From contig NC_082731.1 of NCBI RefSeq assembly GCF_030144855.1, positions 28,024,001-28,088,000 of the forward strand: 64,000 nt of DNA. Direction: 5' to 3'. Below, one piece after another: positions 22,513-36,390 of this stretch. Position numbers and translations under genes: made by a program. This stretch comes from Hypanus sabinus (Eukaryota). How positions within the stretch are numbered: the first letter of the stretch is position 1; each line of letters begins with the position of its first letter. The notes beneath the pieces were generated by a model. The model did no database searches and was not told the DNA's origin. It saw nothing but the letters and a program-made list of their open reading frames with translations.

Positions 22513-25500
22513 AGTTTCGGTCATTCATCGTCGAGAATGGCAGCTTAAGTCACCAGCTCCTCTGGAAAAATGCGTATTGAGCCCCATTAACACATAAAAT
22601 ATAATATTTTTTGAAAAATATTTGAACAGAAAAGAGGGGCAAGAATGGGGAAAAGGAATGGAAATAAAAAAGCGACACTGCGGAGCCTGCGTCCGAGAGG
22701 AGTACAGCGGGCGGCTCTCCTACCCGACCACGTGCTAGCGAGGCGGATGCTGGGCCTCACACAGGTGAAGCAGCAAATATGTTCGAAATCCTGAAAGAGA
22801 TAAGGGAGTTTCAGAAAGAAATAAAGCAGCAGTTCCATGACATTAAGTCAGAGCTCGCCAGCGTCAATCAAAAAATAGTGGTGGCAGGGACTCGAATTGA
22901 GAAGGTGGAAGATCGTGTTCAAAACGTGGAATAGATACTGAATAACACAATAAAAAATATTACATCACCAAGAAGGAAAACTGCTTGACCTGGAGGGAAG
23001 ATCATGGCAGAGAAATATCAGATTCTACAACGTTCCCGAATGACCGGAGGGCTTGTCTATGACGGAGTTTGTCAGAAAGTTACTGCGGGAGACAGCAAAT
23101 CTTCCACCGGCTATGGAGCCGGAAGTCAAAAGAGCCCACCGCGCGTTAGTTCCGAAACCTACCCAAGATAGAAAGCCAGACTCAATAATAATTAAATTCC
23201 TTCCATACAGCACCAAGGTGGAGATACAATGAAGGGCCTGGGTAAGAAGAGAGTGTTTTTAGAGGATAAATTAATATATTTTGACTAAGATTATGCCCCC
23301 ACAGTCCTGCAGAAACACAAAGAATACTCTAAAGTAAAGCGAATACTAAAGCAAAACAAGATTAGATTTCAAACTCCATACCCTGCTAAACTTCTAGTGT
23401 TTTATGACAACGGGACGCGGTTGTACCAGACAGTGGAATAGGTGACTACAGACAGGAAGGCCAGAGGGTTGCCCGTCAGCTTCACCAAAATGAGGGAAAG
23501 CCTGGCTGAGGAATTGTCCTGCTCCGCTTGGGAAATAGTGTGAGAATCAAGCAGGCAGGAGACGGAAGGAGGCAGAGAGAAATATATCAGGGAGAGACCG
23601 GGAGTTTCCAAAAGACAGTCCTCACCCCCTTCAGAAGAGACATAAGGTTTGGCTAACTCTAAAAATGTTGAGAAGCTAAACGGAAGCAAATGTATACGGT
23701 GTTATACTTATCTCGAGAAATACTGATTATAATATGAATTTTATATTACTTAATTGTTATTCTTTATTCACTCACTTACTCCTTTGTCACCACCAAAATG
23801 AGAATATATATGTGTGTCAAATATGCGTATGTATGTAATATGTGTGTATGTATGTGTATGTGTGTATTTTTTATACAAAAAATATATATAAAATACATAG
23901 GAGGAGTACACAGGGAAATCTTCTGTGTAATGGATTTGTTCACTGACTTCTATGAATACTGCAATGGGGGCCCTCAACTCACAAGAAGGAGAGGTTATTC
24001 CCCACAGCTAGACATTTCCTCTAGCTCAACACAGGGTCATCTACTAGAGACCTCAGCCTTGGAATCACACGTTCGTTGCCATTTTTGTTATTATTTGCAT
24101 TTCTTGTTTCTTATTTGTTCAAAGAGTAGATCAATTAAGTTTTATTCTATTTTCAATGATACATTGAGAGATAAATACAGATGGCTAAGGACAAGGTAAA
24201 ATTCAATTTTTTAATGTCAATGGGCTATCAAATCCAATCAAATGAAATAGAATTTTATCCAAAATGAGAAAAGAACAAGCCCATGTAGTATATTTACAGG
24301 AAACTCATTTAAGTGATAATGAGCATAAAAAAACTAAAGAGAATGGGCTTCACTAATCTGTTTTTCTCCTCATATAAATCAGGACATAGGAGAGGAGTCG
24401 CTATTCTTATCTTAAGTAAGCTAAATTTTGAAAAAAAACATTCGAACTGGGAGATAAAGAGGGCAGATATATTCTGGTAAGGGTGAATATAGACAGAAAT
24501 TCATTTACTCTATTGAATATATATGCACCCTGGGAAGTGATATTGGTTTCTTTCAGAAAACTACTGATATTATGGTAACAGAAACAGAAGGTCTCCTGAT
24601 ATGTGGGGGAGACTTAAATTTACAATTACAACCAAACTTGGACTCTTCCAATAGAAAAACCTATGAAACCAAATCTTTACATAAGAAAGTTAATACACTT
24701 TTTGAGGATGTTGGTTTCTTTGATATATGGAGGGACCTTTTCCCTGACAGTAGGGATTACACTCATTATTCTCCTCCCTATTCTGTATATACAAGAATAG
24801 ACTATTTCATAACATGTGGAAAAGACAAAGACAAAATAAACACCTGTGGAATTGGGACAATAGATGTAAGTGACCATGCACCTATATATTTATCTGTTGA
24901 TTTTGACTTACAACCAATGAATACTATTTGGAAACTAAATTCAAGTCTACCCAATGATCCATACTTTAAGGAACAAATTTTAAAAGAATTTGGTCTCTAC
25001 TTAGAATTTAATGATAATGGAGACGTTTCACCTCCCATTTTATAGGATACTCTGAAGGTGGTCTTAAGAGGGAAAATTATAGCAATATCTTCATATAAGA
25101 AAAAAATAAGGAACAAACATTAGAGGAATTACAAAATAGGCTGAATGAACTAGAGAAAAAACACAAATTGAATTTGGTGCAGGATACATTAGGGGAACTA
25201 AAAGAATTAGGAATGAAGTAAATAGTTTGGCTATGCAAGGAATCAGGAAAAACTTAATGTTTCTGAAACAGGGACATTATGAAAGTGGATCGAAATCTAT
25301 GAAAATACTGGCGTGGAAACAGAGAAAGAAGATAGCAATAAATACAATTCATAGAATTAGGGATCCAAGAACAAAAATGATAAATAAATAAGCTAAATGA
25401 AATTCAAGAAGCTTTTGAAGTGTTTTATAAAACTCTATATTCCAAAGTTCCAGGGGGAAGCATAACCCAAATTGACACCATCTTGAATTCTCTGGAGTTA

Positions 25501-28181
25501 CTCACTTTAAGCAAAGAACAAAATAGAAGGATGACTGCTGACATAACTGAGGTTGAATTAAAAGCTGCAATTAGTAGGCTTAAATTAAGCAAGTCAGCAG
25601 GATCAGATGGGTATATGGCAGAGTGGTACAAAGAATTTAAAAATGAGTTAATTCATGTTTTACTCCCCACACTGAACTGGGCTCTAAAAAAGGGCACAAA
25701 TGCTACCCAGTTGGAAGGAAGCAATAATCTCAGCTATACCAAAAGAAGGCAAGGCTAAAATGGAATGTGAGTCATTTAGACCAATATTCATTCTTAATGT
25801 AGATTATAGGTCATTTACCTTCATCATGGCCAAACAATTAGAGGAATTTCTACCCATTCTGATATGTAATGATCAGACAGGTTTTATACGACAATGCCAG
25901 ACACAAGGCAATATACGAAGGACACCACATTATGGATCATAAACAATAAAATAAAGTCGAAGCAATAGTGATGAGCATGGACACTGAAAAAGCATTTGAT
26001 TCGGTTAATTGGAATTTTCTTTACAGAGTTTTACATAGATTTGGTTTCCAAGATACAATTATTAAAACTATACAGACACTATATGACAATCCTACTGCTA
26101 GGATTAAAATCAATGGATATTTATCAAATAGTCTTACCCTAGAAAGGGGCAAGAGACAGGGCTGTGCATGTTCTCCACTATTCTTCGCATTATATCTGGA
26201 ACCATTAGCTCAATACATCAGACAAAATGAAAATATCAGGGGAATTACTATTAAAGGGACAGAGCATAAATTGGCTTGTTATGCGGATGACAGTTTGATC
26301 TATCTATGGCAACCAACATACTCTTTACCTAAATTGAGGCAATCCTTTGAACAATATGGTCAATTATCAGGAAATAAGATCAACATAGATAAAACCCAAT
26401 TACTTTCATATTACTATAGCCCACCAAGAGAAATTGAAAGTTGATACCCCTGGGCATGGCACACAGACTCTTTCAAATATTTGGGCATCATTATGCCAAA
26501 AGATTTGGCAAAATTATCAAAATATAATTATCAGCTTTTATATAAAAAAAAGGAATGTGTGGCAAGAGGGAACCTGATTCCTTTTTCCAGTCTCAGTTCA
26601 AGGATTGAGTCTATTAAAATTAATAGACTGTTATATCTCTTTCAGACCCTACCAATAGAGATTAATCAAAATCAATTCAATGATTGGAACAAGATGCTAT
26701 CAAGGTATATTTGGCAGGGTAAAAGGCCTAGAGTTCGTCTCAAAACTTTGCAATTAGCAAAGGAAAAGGGGGGATGGGGCCTACCTTCTCTTAGAGATTA
26801 TTATTTTGCAGCACAGCTGTAATATGTTGGTGCAACCCATCATATGACGCTCAATGGAAAAACATTGAGGAGCGGGTACTTCCCATCCCCATACAAGCAA
26901 TTCTGGCTGATAACAATCTGCAAAGCTACATAAATACTATTGATAACCCATGGGTGAAATTGACTCTTAAAGTATGGAAAACTACTATAAAAGAATATAA
27001 TCTAGAGGGAGATATTGCAATTCTTAAATGGTGTGCATATGACTCAGACTTTACACAAAATAAATTGGATGTTAGATTTAAGGTCTGGGCTGCTAAAGGA
27101 ATAACAGTTCTTTGCAACATAATGAAAGAAGGAAAACTGTTCAGTTTTGAAATGCTTAAAGAGAAACGCTTATTAGGAAAACAAGATTTTTAACGGTACT
27201 TACAGATGTGACAATATGTTAATAAGATGCTTAAAAATGTAACCAAGGCAAATACATGCTTGATGGAGCTCTTTAGAAAAGCATATAATTCAGATAATGG
27301 TAATAGAATCATTTCAAGCATGTACAAGAGGTTGTCAAATCTTAAAACACGTTTGACTTCATACATTAAAACAAAATGAGAGAAGGAAGGAGGGATAATT
27401 ATATCTGTGGAAGAATGGACAACAATATGGAGATATCAATGGAAGTGTACCAGTTCACAGAAATGGAGGGAGTTTGGATGGAAAAATTTGATAAGATATT
27501 TTATTACACCCTCTCAGAAATCCCAGTATGTTAGTAACCTCCCTGTTTGCTGGAGAAATTGTGGAAATCAAAATGCAAATTATTATCATATTTTTTGGGA
27601 CTGCCCTGTTATCAAAAACTATTGGAGGGGGATTCACAATGCCCTACAAGACAACTTTAAATGTGAAATACCCTTAGAGAGTAAGACCATATATTTTGGA
27701 TATATACCTCAAGAGTGGTTGAAAAGAGATAAATATTTAATGAATATACTGTTGGTGGCTGGTAAAAAGACTCTTACTAGGAAATGGTTATCACAGGAGA
27801 GCCCAACTTTAAATACATGGATGGAAATTACAATGGACATTTACAAAATGGAGAAGATAACAGCATCTGTTAATCATAAGCTGGAACAATTTGATTCATA
27901 CTGGGAAAATGGTTTAACTACATAATGCCTCAAAGGCCTGATTTTATTCTCACGAATCAATGAATCTGTTGTAAAAAAAAGATCACTCCCAACTTGTACA
28001 TAGTTCTTTCCTTTTGCTTGTTTTTTCTCTCCACTCTTTCCTAGACCTCAGATAAAGACTTTGTGGAGATATGTGATATATATGATTATGTGATATAAAT
28101 GTACAATGTCTGAAATACATATTATGGAAATGTTTGTTTGATGATGAACTTCAATAAAAAATAAATTACAAAAAAAAGAAA
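22513..28181 (+). mobile_element. Full-length L1-clade LINE (~5.7 kb) with target-site duplication, ORFs disrupted
   Basis: TSD GTGATAGACAGG at 22501-22512 and 28182-28193. ORF1 pieces (VKRAHRALVPKP), APE (YLQETHL, GDLN, YTRIDYF, SDHAP), RT ([21 protein letters not shown]), C-terminal CWRNCG...HIFWDCP. AATAAA at 28153 and an A-tail. Many stops and frameshifts. Confidence 0.93.
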
Positions 28182-30169
28182 GTGATAGACAGGGAAATGG
28201 CAGGGTTTTCATTCCCAAGTGAGGACATTTTATGCAATCTCTTTGATAGGATGTTTTATACATCCCTGCTTTCTCTCACTGTCTTTTTCTGTCAATGCAT
28301 CATTACCTTGCAATAATTTGCATTTATAGGTTGTATTCCATAGAGTTTTGATCTGAACTTGTGTTCATTGGACTGTGATTTTGTTATTTTACAGTTGTTT
28401 TGACTTGATCATTGACATCCATGAGTTGGCATATTTGGTGAAGTATATGGTCTACTCACTGACACTGCATTTCAGTCCCTCCAGCACTGATGTAGAATGT
28501 ATATTGTCTGTGCCATGCTTTCAAAAAGTTTTACTTCTGATTTGCAACATGAGCAGGTTTACTTTACTGTGGTAATTTCATTCTGTCTGTTGTAACCCTC
28601 GTATGGACTCTTCTCATTCAGGGATTTGACAGTTTCTTCCCATTGATGCTGCTCAGCCCGCCAGTAGATTGTGTGTGGTTCCAGATCCCAGCATCTGTGA
28701 ACTCTTGTGTCTGGATTGAAGTCAATTTGACCAGAAGGATTTGTTACCTTGCAGTGATAAACTGCAACCACTGGGAGTCAGAGGAACATCTCCAAATATT
28801 CAGGCTTCAGTCACACTGACTATTGTAATACTATCCGACATCCACTAGGTGTCAGTGTAACAGTCAGGCAGAGAAGATGGAGAAGTGGGGGAAACAGAGC
28901 ACAGGACAATTCCAGAGCGTCAGGAGTTCCTGAGTTTGCAGGATCTCTTCAGCTATATATGTCACATTGAAATGTGTTTCACTCCACATCCCAAATACAT
29001 GCGTAACTACAGTCAAGTTGGCACAAGTGAATAATGGTGCCTCAGGTGATATCTTCCAGATGGTCCATGAAACCATTTCTTTCACTTCTTTTACATCTTT
29101 CTTTTAAATGTGGTTCTGTTACTGTAACAGTGAGTTACAGTTTGATGTGATGGTGGGCCAATTGACTGATCTGGCCCTTTGCTTTTTGCAAAATCAAACC
29201 AGTCAGCTTATCAACATTTTGTGGGAAATTTTCCTGTCCGTAGGCCTCTTGATTTTGTGTATCTCCATAAGATCACCTCTCAGTCTCTGACAAGTCAGAG
29301 TGTCTCACCAGAGCTATGTAAGTTAGAGATTGTTAAAGATTTAATAAACAAGTACAGTAGCTGGAAAAAAGTCCTATCCCACTATTATGTTGGCTCTCCA
29401 CAGTGACTGATTCCAAGATATTAATTATGTTCCGTAATTTGTCTATTCACTCCAAGGAATGTCCTATTGTAGACAACCTCTCCTTTCAACTCAAGTCATG
29501 GCAACATCATGGTAAATCTTTTCTGCACTCTTTTCAGATTAATAACATCCTTTCACCTAGAGAGTGAATAAAATTTGAACACAATACTCCAAATGTAACC
29601 TCACCAGTGCCTTCTACAATCGCACCATGTGTTACCAACTTCATATATAATGTTCTGACTGATAAAGGCCAGCATCCCAAAAGATTTCTTCACCACCCTG
29701 TCTTCCAGTGTCTCCATGTACTTGAACTCTAAGGTCCCCCTGTCCCACAACACCCTCCAGGGCCCTGTCGGACACTGTGAAAGTCCTATCTTGGTTTAAC
29801 TTTTCAAAGATTCACACCTTGCACTTCCCTGAATAGAACTCCGTTTGTCATTTTTAAGTCCACTTATTCACCTAAACAAAATCCCACTGTAATTTTGATA
29901 ACCTGCTTCGCTCTTCACTTTACTACTTACTTTTTGGTGAGCTGCAATCGGTGTGAGAGGTCATTCATTGGTGATCTAGCATAAAGTCTGAAAAGAGTTC
30001 AGGTGCTTTTGGGATATTTTGGGGGCTGCATTCATAGGGACTGTCAGGCACTCGGGAGCAACATTTAAGTGGAGCCGCCATTGTGTGAGTGGACAGTGTT
30101 AGTGCTGTTCCTTCAGCTCAACAGGCATCCTTGAAATCAAGCTTGGGGAAGCACAGGTGGATGTTCTAA

Positions 30170-31160
30170 GTTCTAAGTTTTTTTTTAATGTTAGTACATG
30201 CCTGTTATACTGAGAATAGGTCCAGAGTTACTGATATGTTCCTTGTATGAGATTTGGGAACTTTTGAAGACCTCCGGTCTCTTTGATAACTACATTTTCA
30301 CAAAGTGCACCAAGGTGTAGCCCCTGAAGGGCCGTGTCGAGGAAATGGAGCTGCAGCTGGATGACCTTCAGCTCACATGGGAAAATGAGGAGGTGATAGA
30401 TAGGAGCTACAGTGAGGTAGTCACCTCTAAGTTAAAGGAGGCAGGTACCTGAGTGACTACCAGGAGAGAGAAGGGGAAAAGGGAAAAGTACCCCTGTGGC
30501 TGTTCCCCTCAATAGTAAGTATATTGTTTTGGATACTGTTTGGGGGAGAGCCTGTCAGAGGACAGACACAGTCACCTGATCTCCAGCACAGAGTCTGTAT
30601 CAGTGGCTCAGAAGGGAAGGGTAGGGAAAGGAGTGCAGTAGTGACAGGGGATTCCATAATTAGAGGAGCAGACAGCAGACGCTGCTAAGTAGAAAGAAGA
30701 AAAGCAGGACCTTCAGGGTAGTAATCTCCGGAGTTCTGCCTATGCCCTGCGCTGGTGACGGTAAGAATAGGATGATTTGACAGATGAATGTGTAGCTGAA
30801 GAATTGGTGCAGAGAGCAGAATTTCAAATTTCTGGATCACTGAGATCTCTTCTGGGGAAGTATGGCCTGCATGAAAAGGATGGCTTGCACTGAACCTGAG
30901 GGGGGCCAATATCCTGTGGTCAGGTTTGCTAGAGCTTTTGGAGAGAGTTTATATTAATTTGTCAGGTGGATGGTAAATTGTGTGAAAGGACTGAGGGTGG
31001 GGCAGTTGGTATACTACTAGGTCCAGTCTGTAGTGAGACTGTGAGAAAGGACAGGCTGATGATAGGCAAAATGGCAGTCAGTGGTTTGAGTTAAAGTGGA
31101 ACAGGGGGCCAAAATCAAAAAGGGTGATTTTGGACTGAAGGTGTTATATCACAATGCAGC
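30170..31160 (+). mobile_element. CR1 LINE 5' part (ORF1/esterase to ORF2 start); continues at 33958-36390
   Basis: Paralog of 16100-17000. Ends LKVLYHNA at the Gypsy junction. Confidence 0.75.
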
Positions 31161-33957
31161 TGTGACTAGAGACCTAGAACGGTTAGGACCCAAGTGCTGG
31201 AGGATCTCGGGTTGGAATCAAGACACAATGTGCAAATGAAATGAAAGCAGAAACTAAACTAGATGATCAATGATAATCCAAGTCGCGCTGACAATTGTAC
31301 ACTGAGCCTCCATTCACATACTCCACAAATATTGAAATTTGGTGCCAAAACATGGCTGCCAATTAGCGGGACAGTCCTGAATCCTTAATGGGCTCATGAC
31401 AGCTATCCACATTCTGGAGAATTAGAGTGTCTAAATCCCAGAAGCTGGCGTGGTTGGGTGCATGTCCTAACAGGACCCTCTTCCCAATAGCTGACACTTG
31501 ACAGCCCGGGCTGCTCAAAAAGATGGTGATGGTAGTCATGGATAAGAGCTGGATGCAAGATGTCCTTTTCAGAAACCCAGCACCATTCCTTGGGTACAAA
31601 TCCTTCCTAATCCACGAGGAACTACTGAACACCCCGAACAGTTTGTTAATCCAAAATTCTTCTTGTGGTGAAGACCTGTTCCCTATCAACACACCTCGGT
31701 GGCCGTGGGACTGATGGTGGTGGGACTAAAGGACTGGTGTCAATGGATCTTAATGTGGAGATGTGGAGAGTGGGACTGATCTTGAGGGTCTTGGGGAGCT
31801 GCAAGTTGGAAGCCACTGGGTTGACTTTCTTGAGAACCTTGAAGGGTCCAATGAATTTGGGCACTGACTTTCTAGACTCCAGCCAGAGAGGCAAGTCCTG
31901 AGTAGACAGCCAGAACTGTTCCCCAAACTGCAAAGTGGGTCCCTGTGTTCTCCTTCGGTTCGCCTTGATATCAGACATCCAAGTGGAAGCCAACAAAATC
32001 TCCCTTGTCTTAGTTCATTTCCCCTTGCAGTGTTGGACGAGATCAACAGCCTCATGAACCCCAGCCTCGGCCTCCTGCTCAGGGAAGAGTGGTGGATAAT
32101 ACCCGAATTGGCATTCAAATGGGGACGTCCCATGTGCTGAATGCTCTAAAGTGGAATGGGTGACCTCTGCCCACATCGTCAGGTCTTTCTGAGGGATCAT
32201 TCCAAATCTTGGTTCAGCCACTCCATCTGGCCATTGGACTGCAGGAAAGGCTCACTGTTACCCCAATCAGCTTACAGAATGCCCTCCAGAACCATGATGT
32301 GAATTGTGGACAGTGATCTGACAGAATATCCACTGTGTATTCTGAAGAGCTGGAGCAGGACAATTTTGGCTGTCTGTGGCACAGATGGTAGCTTATACAA
32401 GGCAATGAGTTTGCAGGCCTTTGAAAAATGATCGACAATTACCGCAATGACGGTCTTCTCCTTGGGAGGCGGGAGACCCGTGACAACATCCATCGTGATG
32501 TGTGCCCATGATCTGACTGGAATGGGCAGAGGGTGAAGGAGCCCTTGAGGTTGGGTGTGGGGCTCCTTGTTCCGGGCACACAACTTATATGCCTGCATCT
32601 TCTTTTGATGAACTCAAGTTTCCCGACAATCCCTGGGTGAGTGGTCATTCCCAATGAGTGTCCTCGTTGAAGTACCTGACAGAACTTGGGACTAACAGGT
32701 GGCCTGGAGAACCATTCTCAGGAATCTCTCCTTGCATCTGGACAATGCGATCAAACATGTCAACCAACGAGACAAGGCATCTGGTTTCTGGATTGTGGAC
32801 CCTGGTCGACAGGTCAGGATGAAATTGAAGTGGTTGAAGAAAAGACCACCTGACCTGTCTGGAATTCAGTCTCTTGGCCCCCTCAAGCCAGTGACTTCAT
32901 TCCTCCAGAGGCAACTTGACGGTGAGCAGTTCTCTGTTACCTGTGTCATACCGATACCGATGGTGGCTATCTCCAGCGGAGGACAATTTTATTTTATTTT
33001 ATTTTATTTTATGTTATTAATTTTCATTTAATTCCATTTAATTTTAATTAAGTTTATTTAAATTTATTGTCTGAAGGTTCTTATTGAGTCAACAGTGCTC
33101 TCACTTCAATGTCTGAGGCGTCCACTTCCATGAGGAAGGGAAGGTCCGGGTTAGGTGAATCCAAAATGGGAGCTGTCATGAACCGGTGTTTGAGCTCTGC
33201 AAAAGCAGCCTTCGCTTCAGTGGTCCAAACAAAAGGGCCCATGGATTTTTTAGTCAGACCTGTCAGTGGAGCTGCCACTGAGCTGAAGTTCCTAATGAAC
33301 TTTCAGTAAAAGTTGGCAAACCCCAGGAACTGTTGGACTGGTTTCACATTGGATGGTTGTGATCAGTCTCTGATCCAAAGTTGTCCTTTGAGGACAACTC
33401 CTGAGGCTCCTTTGGTGAGTGGGGTGATTGAACAGACCTCGGAGTCTCCTTCATAGGTTTATTAGACTCTTTTGTTAAAACAGTGACTTTACAAATGGTC
33501 CTTGCACCCCCAGACTCGGCTCCAAGGGTCTGCGTTTAGGAGTCTTTACTTTAGGTTGGACCTCGTGGCAGGATCCTTTTGGCTTAGCTGCAAGGTTCCA
33601 GACACCTTGGTTTGCTGAGATCCCACAGTAAAAGCAGCCACCTGAGCGACTCTGGCTTCCACCTTGTGAGAGTTGCCACATGGCGACCTGGATCTCCAGG
33701 CTCTGTCTGGAAATCCTCTCGCTCTGGCTAGACTCAGCACATGAGAGACTCTGATTCTCACTGGGTCCGGGTTAGGCTCAATCGTACTGTGATGGGAGAC
33801 TGATGGTTACGACTCAAATGCTGGAGTATCTGAGGCTGGAATCCAGACACGATGTGACACTGAAATGAGAACAGAATACTTATCTGAACATGAGATGACA
33901 ATCCAAGTAGAGCTGAGAATCCCTGGAAGCTAACGCGGTTGGGTGTGTATTGTAACA
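31161..33957 (-). mobile_element. Gypsy/Ty3 LTR retrotransposon, internally deleted, two diverged LTR-like ends
   Basis: Related direct repeats starting at 31161 and ~33788 (tgtga...tgctggag...ggaatc.agacac.atgtg). RT/RNase H (APLTGLTKK...FAELKHRFMTAPIL...EVDASD), integrase (HITMDVVTGLP...VIVDHFSK) and PKFIGPFKVLKKVNPVA toward a chromodomain-like end. Confidence 0.85.
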
Positions 33958-36390
33958 CACAAAGTATATGGAATAAGATAAATTATCTTTTCCTGTAGTT
34001 TGAAACTGGCAGATGTGACCTTGTGGGCATTGCTGAGTCAAGGCAGCAAGAAGATCATAGTTGGGAGTTTAATACGCAAGGATACACATTGTATCTAAAG
34101 GACTGGCAGGTAGGTAGAGGGGGATGGAGTAGCTCCATTTGTATAAAATTAAATCAAATTCGGAGAAGTGAGTGACTTGGATCAGAAGATGTAGAATCCT
34201 TGTGGGTAGATTTAAGAAACTGAAAGAGTAAAAACACCCTGCTGCAAGTTCTACACAGGCCTCTGAGCAGTGGCCAGAATGCGGGCTACAAATTACATTG
34301 GGAGATAGAAGACAATGTTACGATAGTCAAGGAGATTTCAGTATACCGGTACATTGGGAAAATGAGGTTGGTGCTGGATCCCGACTGAAAGTTCCTAGAA
34401 TCTTTACAAGCTGGCTTTTTAGAGCAGCTTGTGGTTGAGCCACCTGGGGAAAGATTATTCTGGATTGGCTGTTGTATAAAGAACTAGATCTGATTCAGGA
34501 GCTAAAGGTAAAGGAACCTTTAGGAGACACAATCATAATATGATAGACTTCATCCTGCAATTTGAGAGGGAGAAGCTAAAGTCAGATGTATTAGTATTAC
34601 AGTGGAGTAAAGGGAGTTGCAGAGGCAGGAGAGAGGAATTGGCCAAAGATGATTGGAAGGGTACATGATCAGGGATGATTGCAATGCAACATTAGCTAGA
34701 GTTTCTGCGAGCAATTCAGAAGTCACAGGATAGATATATCTGAAAAAGAAAGTATTCTAAAGGCAGGATGACACAACCATGGGTCATAAGAGAAGTCAAA
34801 GCCAACATAAAAGCAACAGATAGGGCATATAATAGATCTAAAATCAATGGGAAGTTAGAGGATTAGGAAGCATTTAAAAACCAACAGAAGAGATGAAATA
34901 TTGAGGTAAGCTAGCTAATAGCATCAAAGACAACAGAAAAAGGATATTTTCAGATGTGAGGAGTAAAAGAGAGGCGAGAGTAGTTTCTAGACCACTGGAA
35001 AATGACACTGGAGAGGTAGTAACAGGGAACAAGGAACTGGTGGATGAACTGAGTAAGTATGTTCCCTCAGTCATCACTGTGAAAGCCACTAGCAGTATGC
35101 TGGAGGTTCGAGAATGTGGGGGGCAGAAATGAGAACAGCTGCTATTACTGGGGAGAAGGTGCTTGGGAAGCTGAAAGGTCTGAAGTTGGAAAAGTCACCT
35201 GGACAAGATGGACTTCTCCTGAGGGTCCTGAAAGAGGTAGCTGAAGAGAATGTGAAGGCACTATTAAAGATCTTTCAAGAATCACTGCATTCTGGCACGT
35301 TCTAGAGTACTGGGAAATTATAAATCTCATTCCACTCAGTAAACAGCTCGCTGTCGTGTTGATGGGATTTTGGTGGTGGCGAGATATTCATTAGTCTCAC
35401 AACCAGGGAAGAAACTGTTACCCAGTCTGGCAGTCGTAGTCTGGAAACTTCTGTACCTCCTTCCGGATGATAGTGAGTCAAAGAAATTGTGACTGGATGG
35501 TAGGGAACCTCAACAATGCTTTGGGCCCTGTATCTGCAACACTCCCAGTAAATGTCAGAAATCTGGGGGGAGGGAGACACTGATGAGCCTCTCGGCAGTT
35601 TCACTTGGAGGCTCATGATAAAACAGGCTGAAGACAACATGGTTTCCTGCGGGGGAAATCTTTGAGGAAATAACAGTCAGGATAGACAAAGGTGAATCAA
35701 TGGTTGTTGTTTAATTCAATTTGTAGTAGGCCTTTGACAAGTTGCTGCACATGAGGCTGCTTTACAAGAACCCATGATATCACAGGAAAAATACCAGAAT
35801 GGATTGAAGATGGTGCTGACTGGCAGGAGGTAAAGAGTGGGAATAAAGGGAGCCTTTTCCGTTTGGCTACCGGTGACTCATGGTCTTCTGCAGGGGGCAG
35901 ATAGTGTTGAGGAAGAAGGGATTCTACAAAGGACTTCGGCAGATATGGAGAATCGGCAGAGAAATAGCATATAGAATATAATGGAAGGAAGTTTACGGGC
36001 ATGCACTTCAGTGGAAAAGAAAAAAAAATAGACTATTTCCTCAACAGGGAGAAAGTTCAAAACACAGTGGTGCAAAAGCACTTGTGAGTCCATGTACACG
36101 ATTCTCTGAAGGTGAACTTCCAGGTGGGTAAAAAAGGCAAGTGTAGTATTAACATTCATCTTGAGAGACCAAGGATTTAATACTGAGCCTTTATAAGGCA
36201 TTGGAGTATTATGATTAATTTTTGACCCCCTTTCTGAGAATAATGTGCTGACATTGGAGAGAGTCTGGATGAAGTTCAGGAGAATAATTCTGGGAATGAA
36301 AGGGTTAATGTCTGAGGAGCATTTGATGACCCTGAGCCTGTACTCACTGGTGTTTAGAAGATTAAAGGGGGATCTTACTGAAACCTATCA
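33958..36390 (+). mobile_element. CR1 LINE ORF2 (APE-RT) degenerate, continuation of 30170-31160
   Basis: Resumes QSIWNK; KSPGQDGLLLRVLKEVAEE; CR1 RT and C-terminal motifs to about RGDL.ETY. Interrupted by a minus-strand Rex1-type 3' piece at ~35330-35640. Confidence 0.75.

Larger units (their letters stand above)
20270..36390. repeat. Segmental duplication, unit B (expanded by L1 and Gypsy insertions)
   Basis: Same blocks as unit A in the same order once 22513-28181 and 31161-33957 are removed. Confidence 0.75.

Noticed and set aside
22348-22548. WVKQ as V framework 2
   Set aside because: No upstream Cys at the right spacing, no GLEW, and the frame is not conserved in paralogs.
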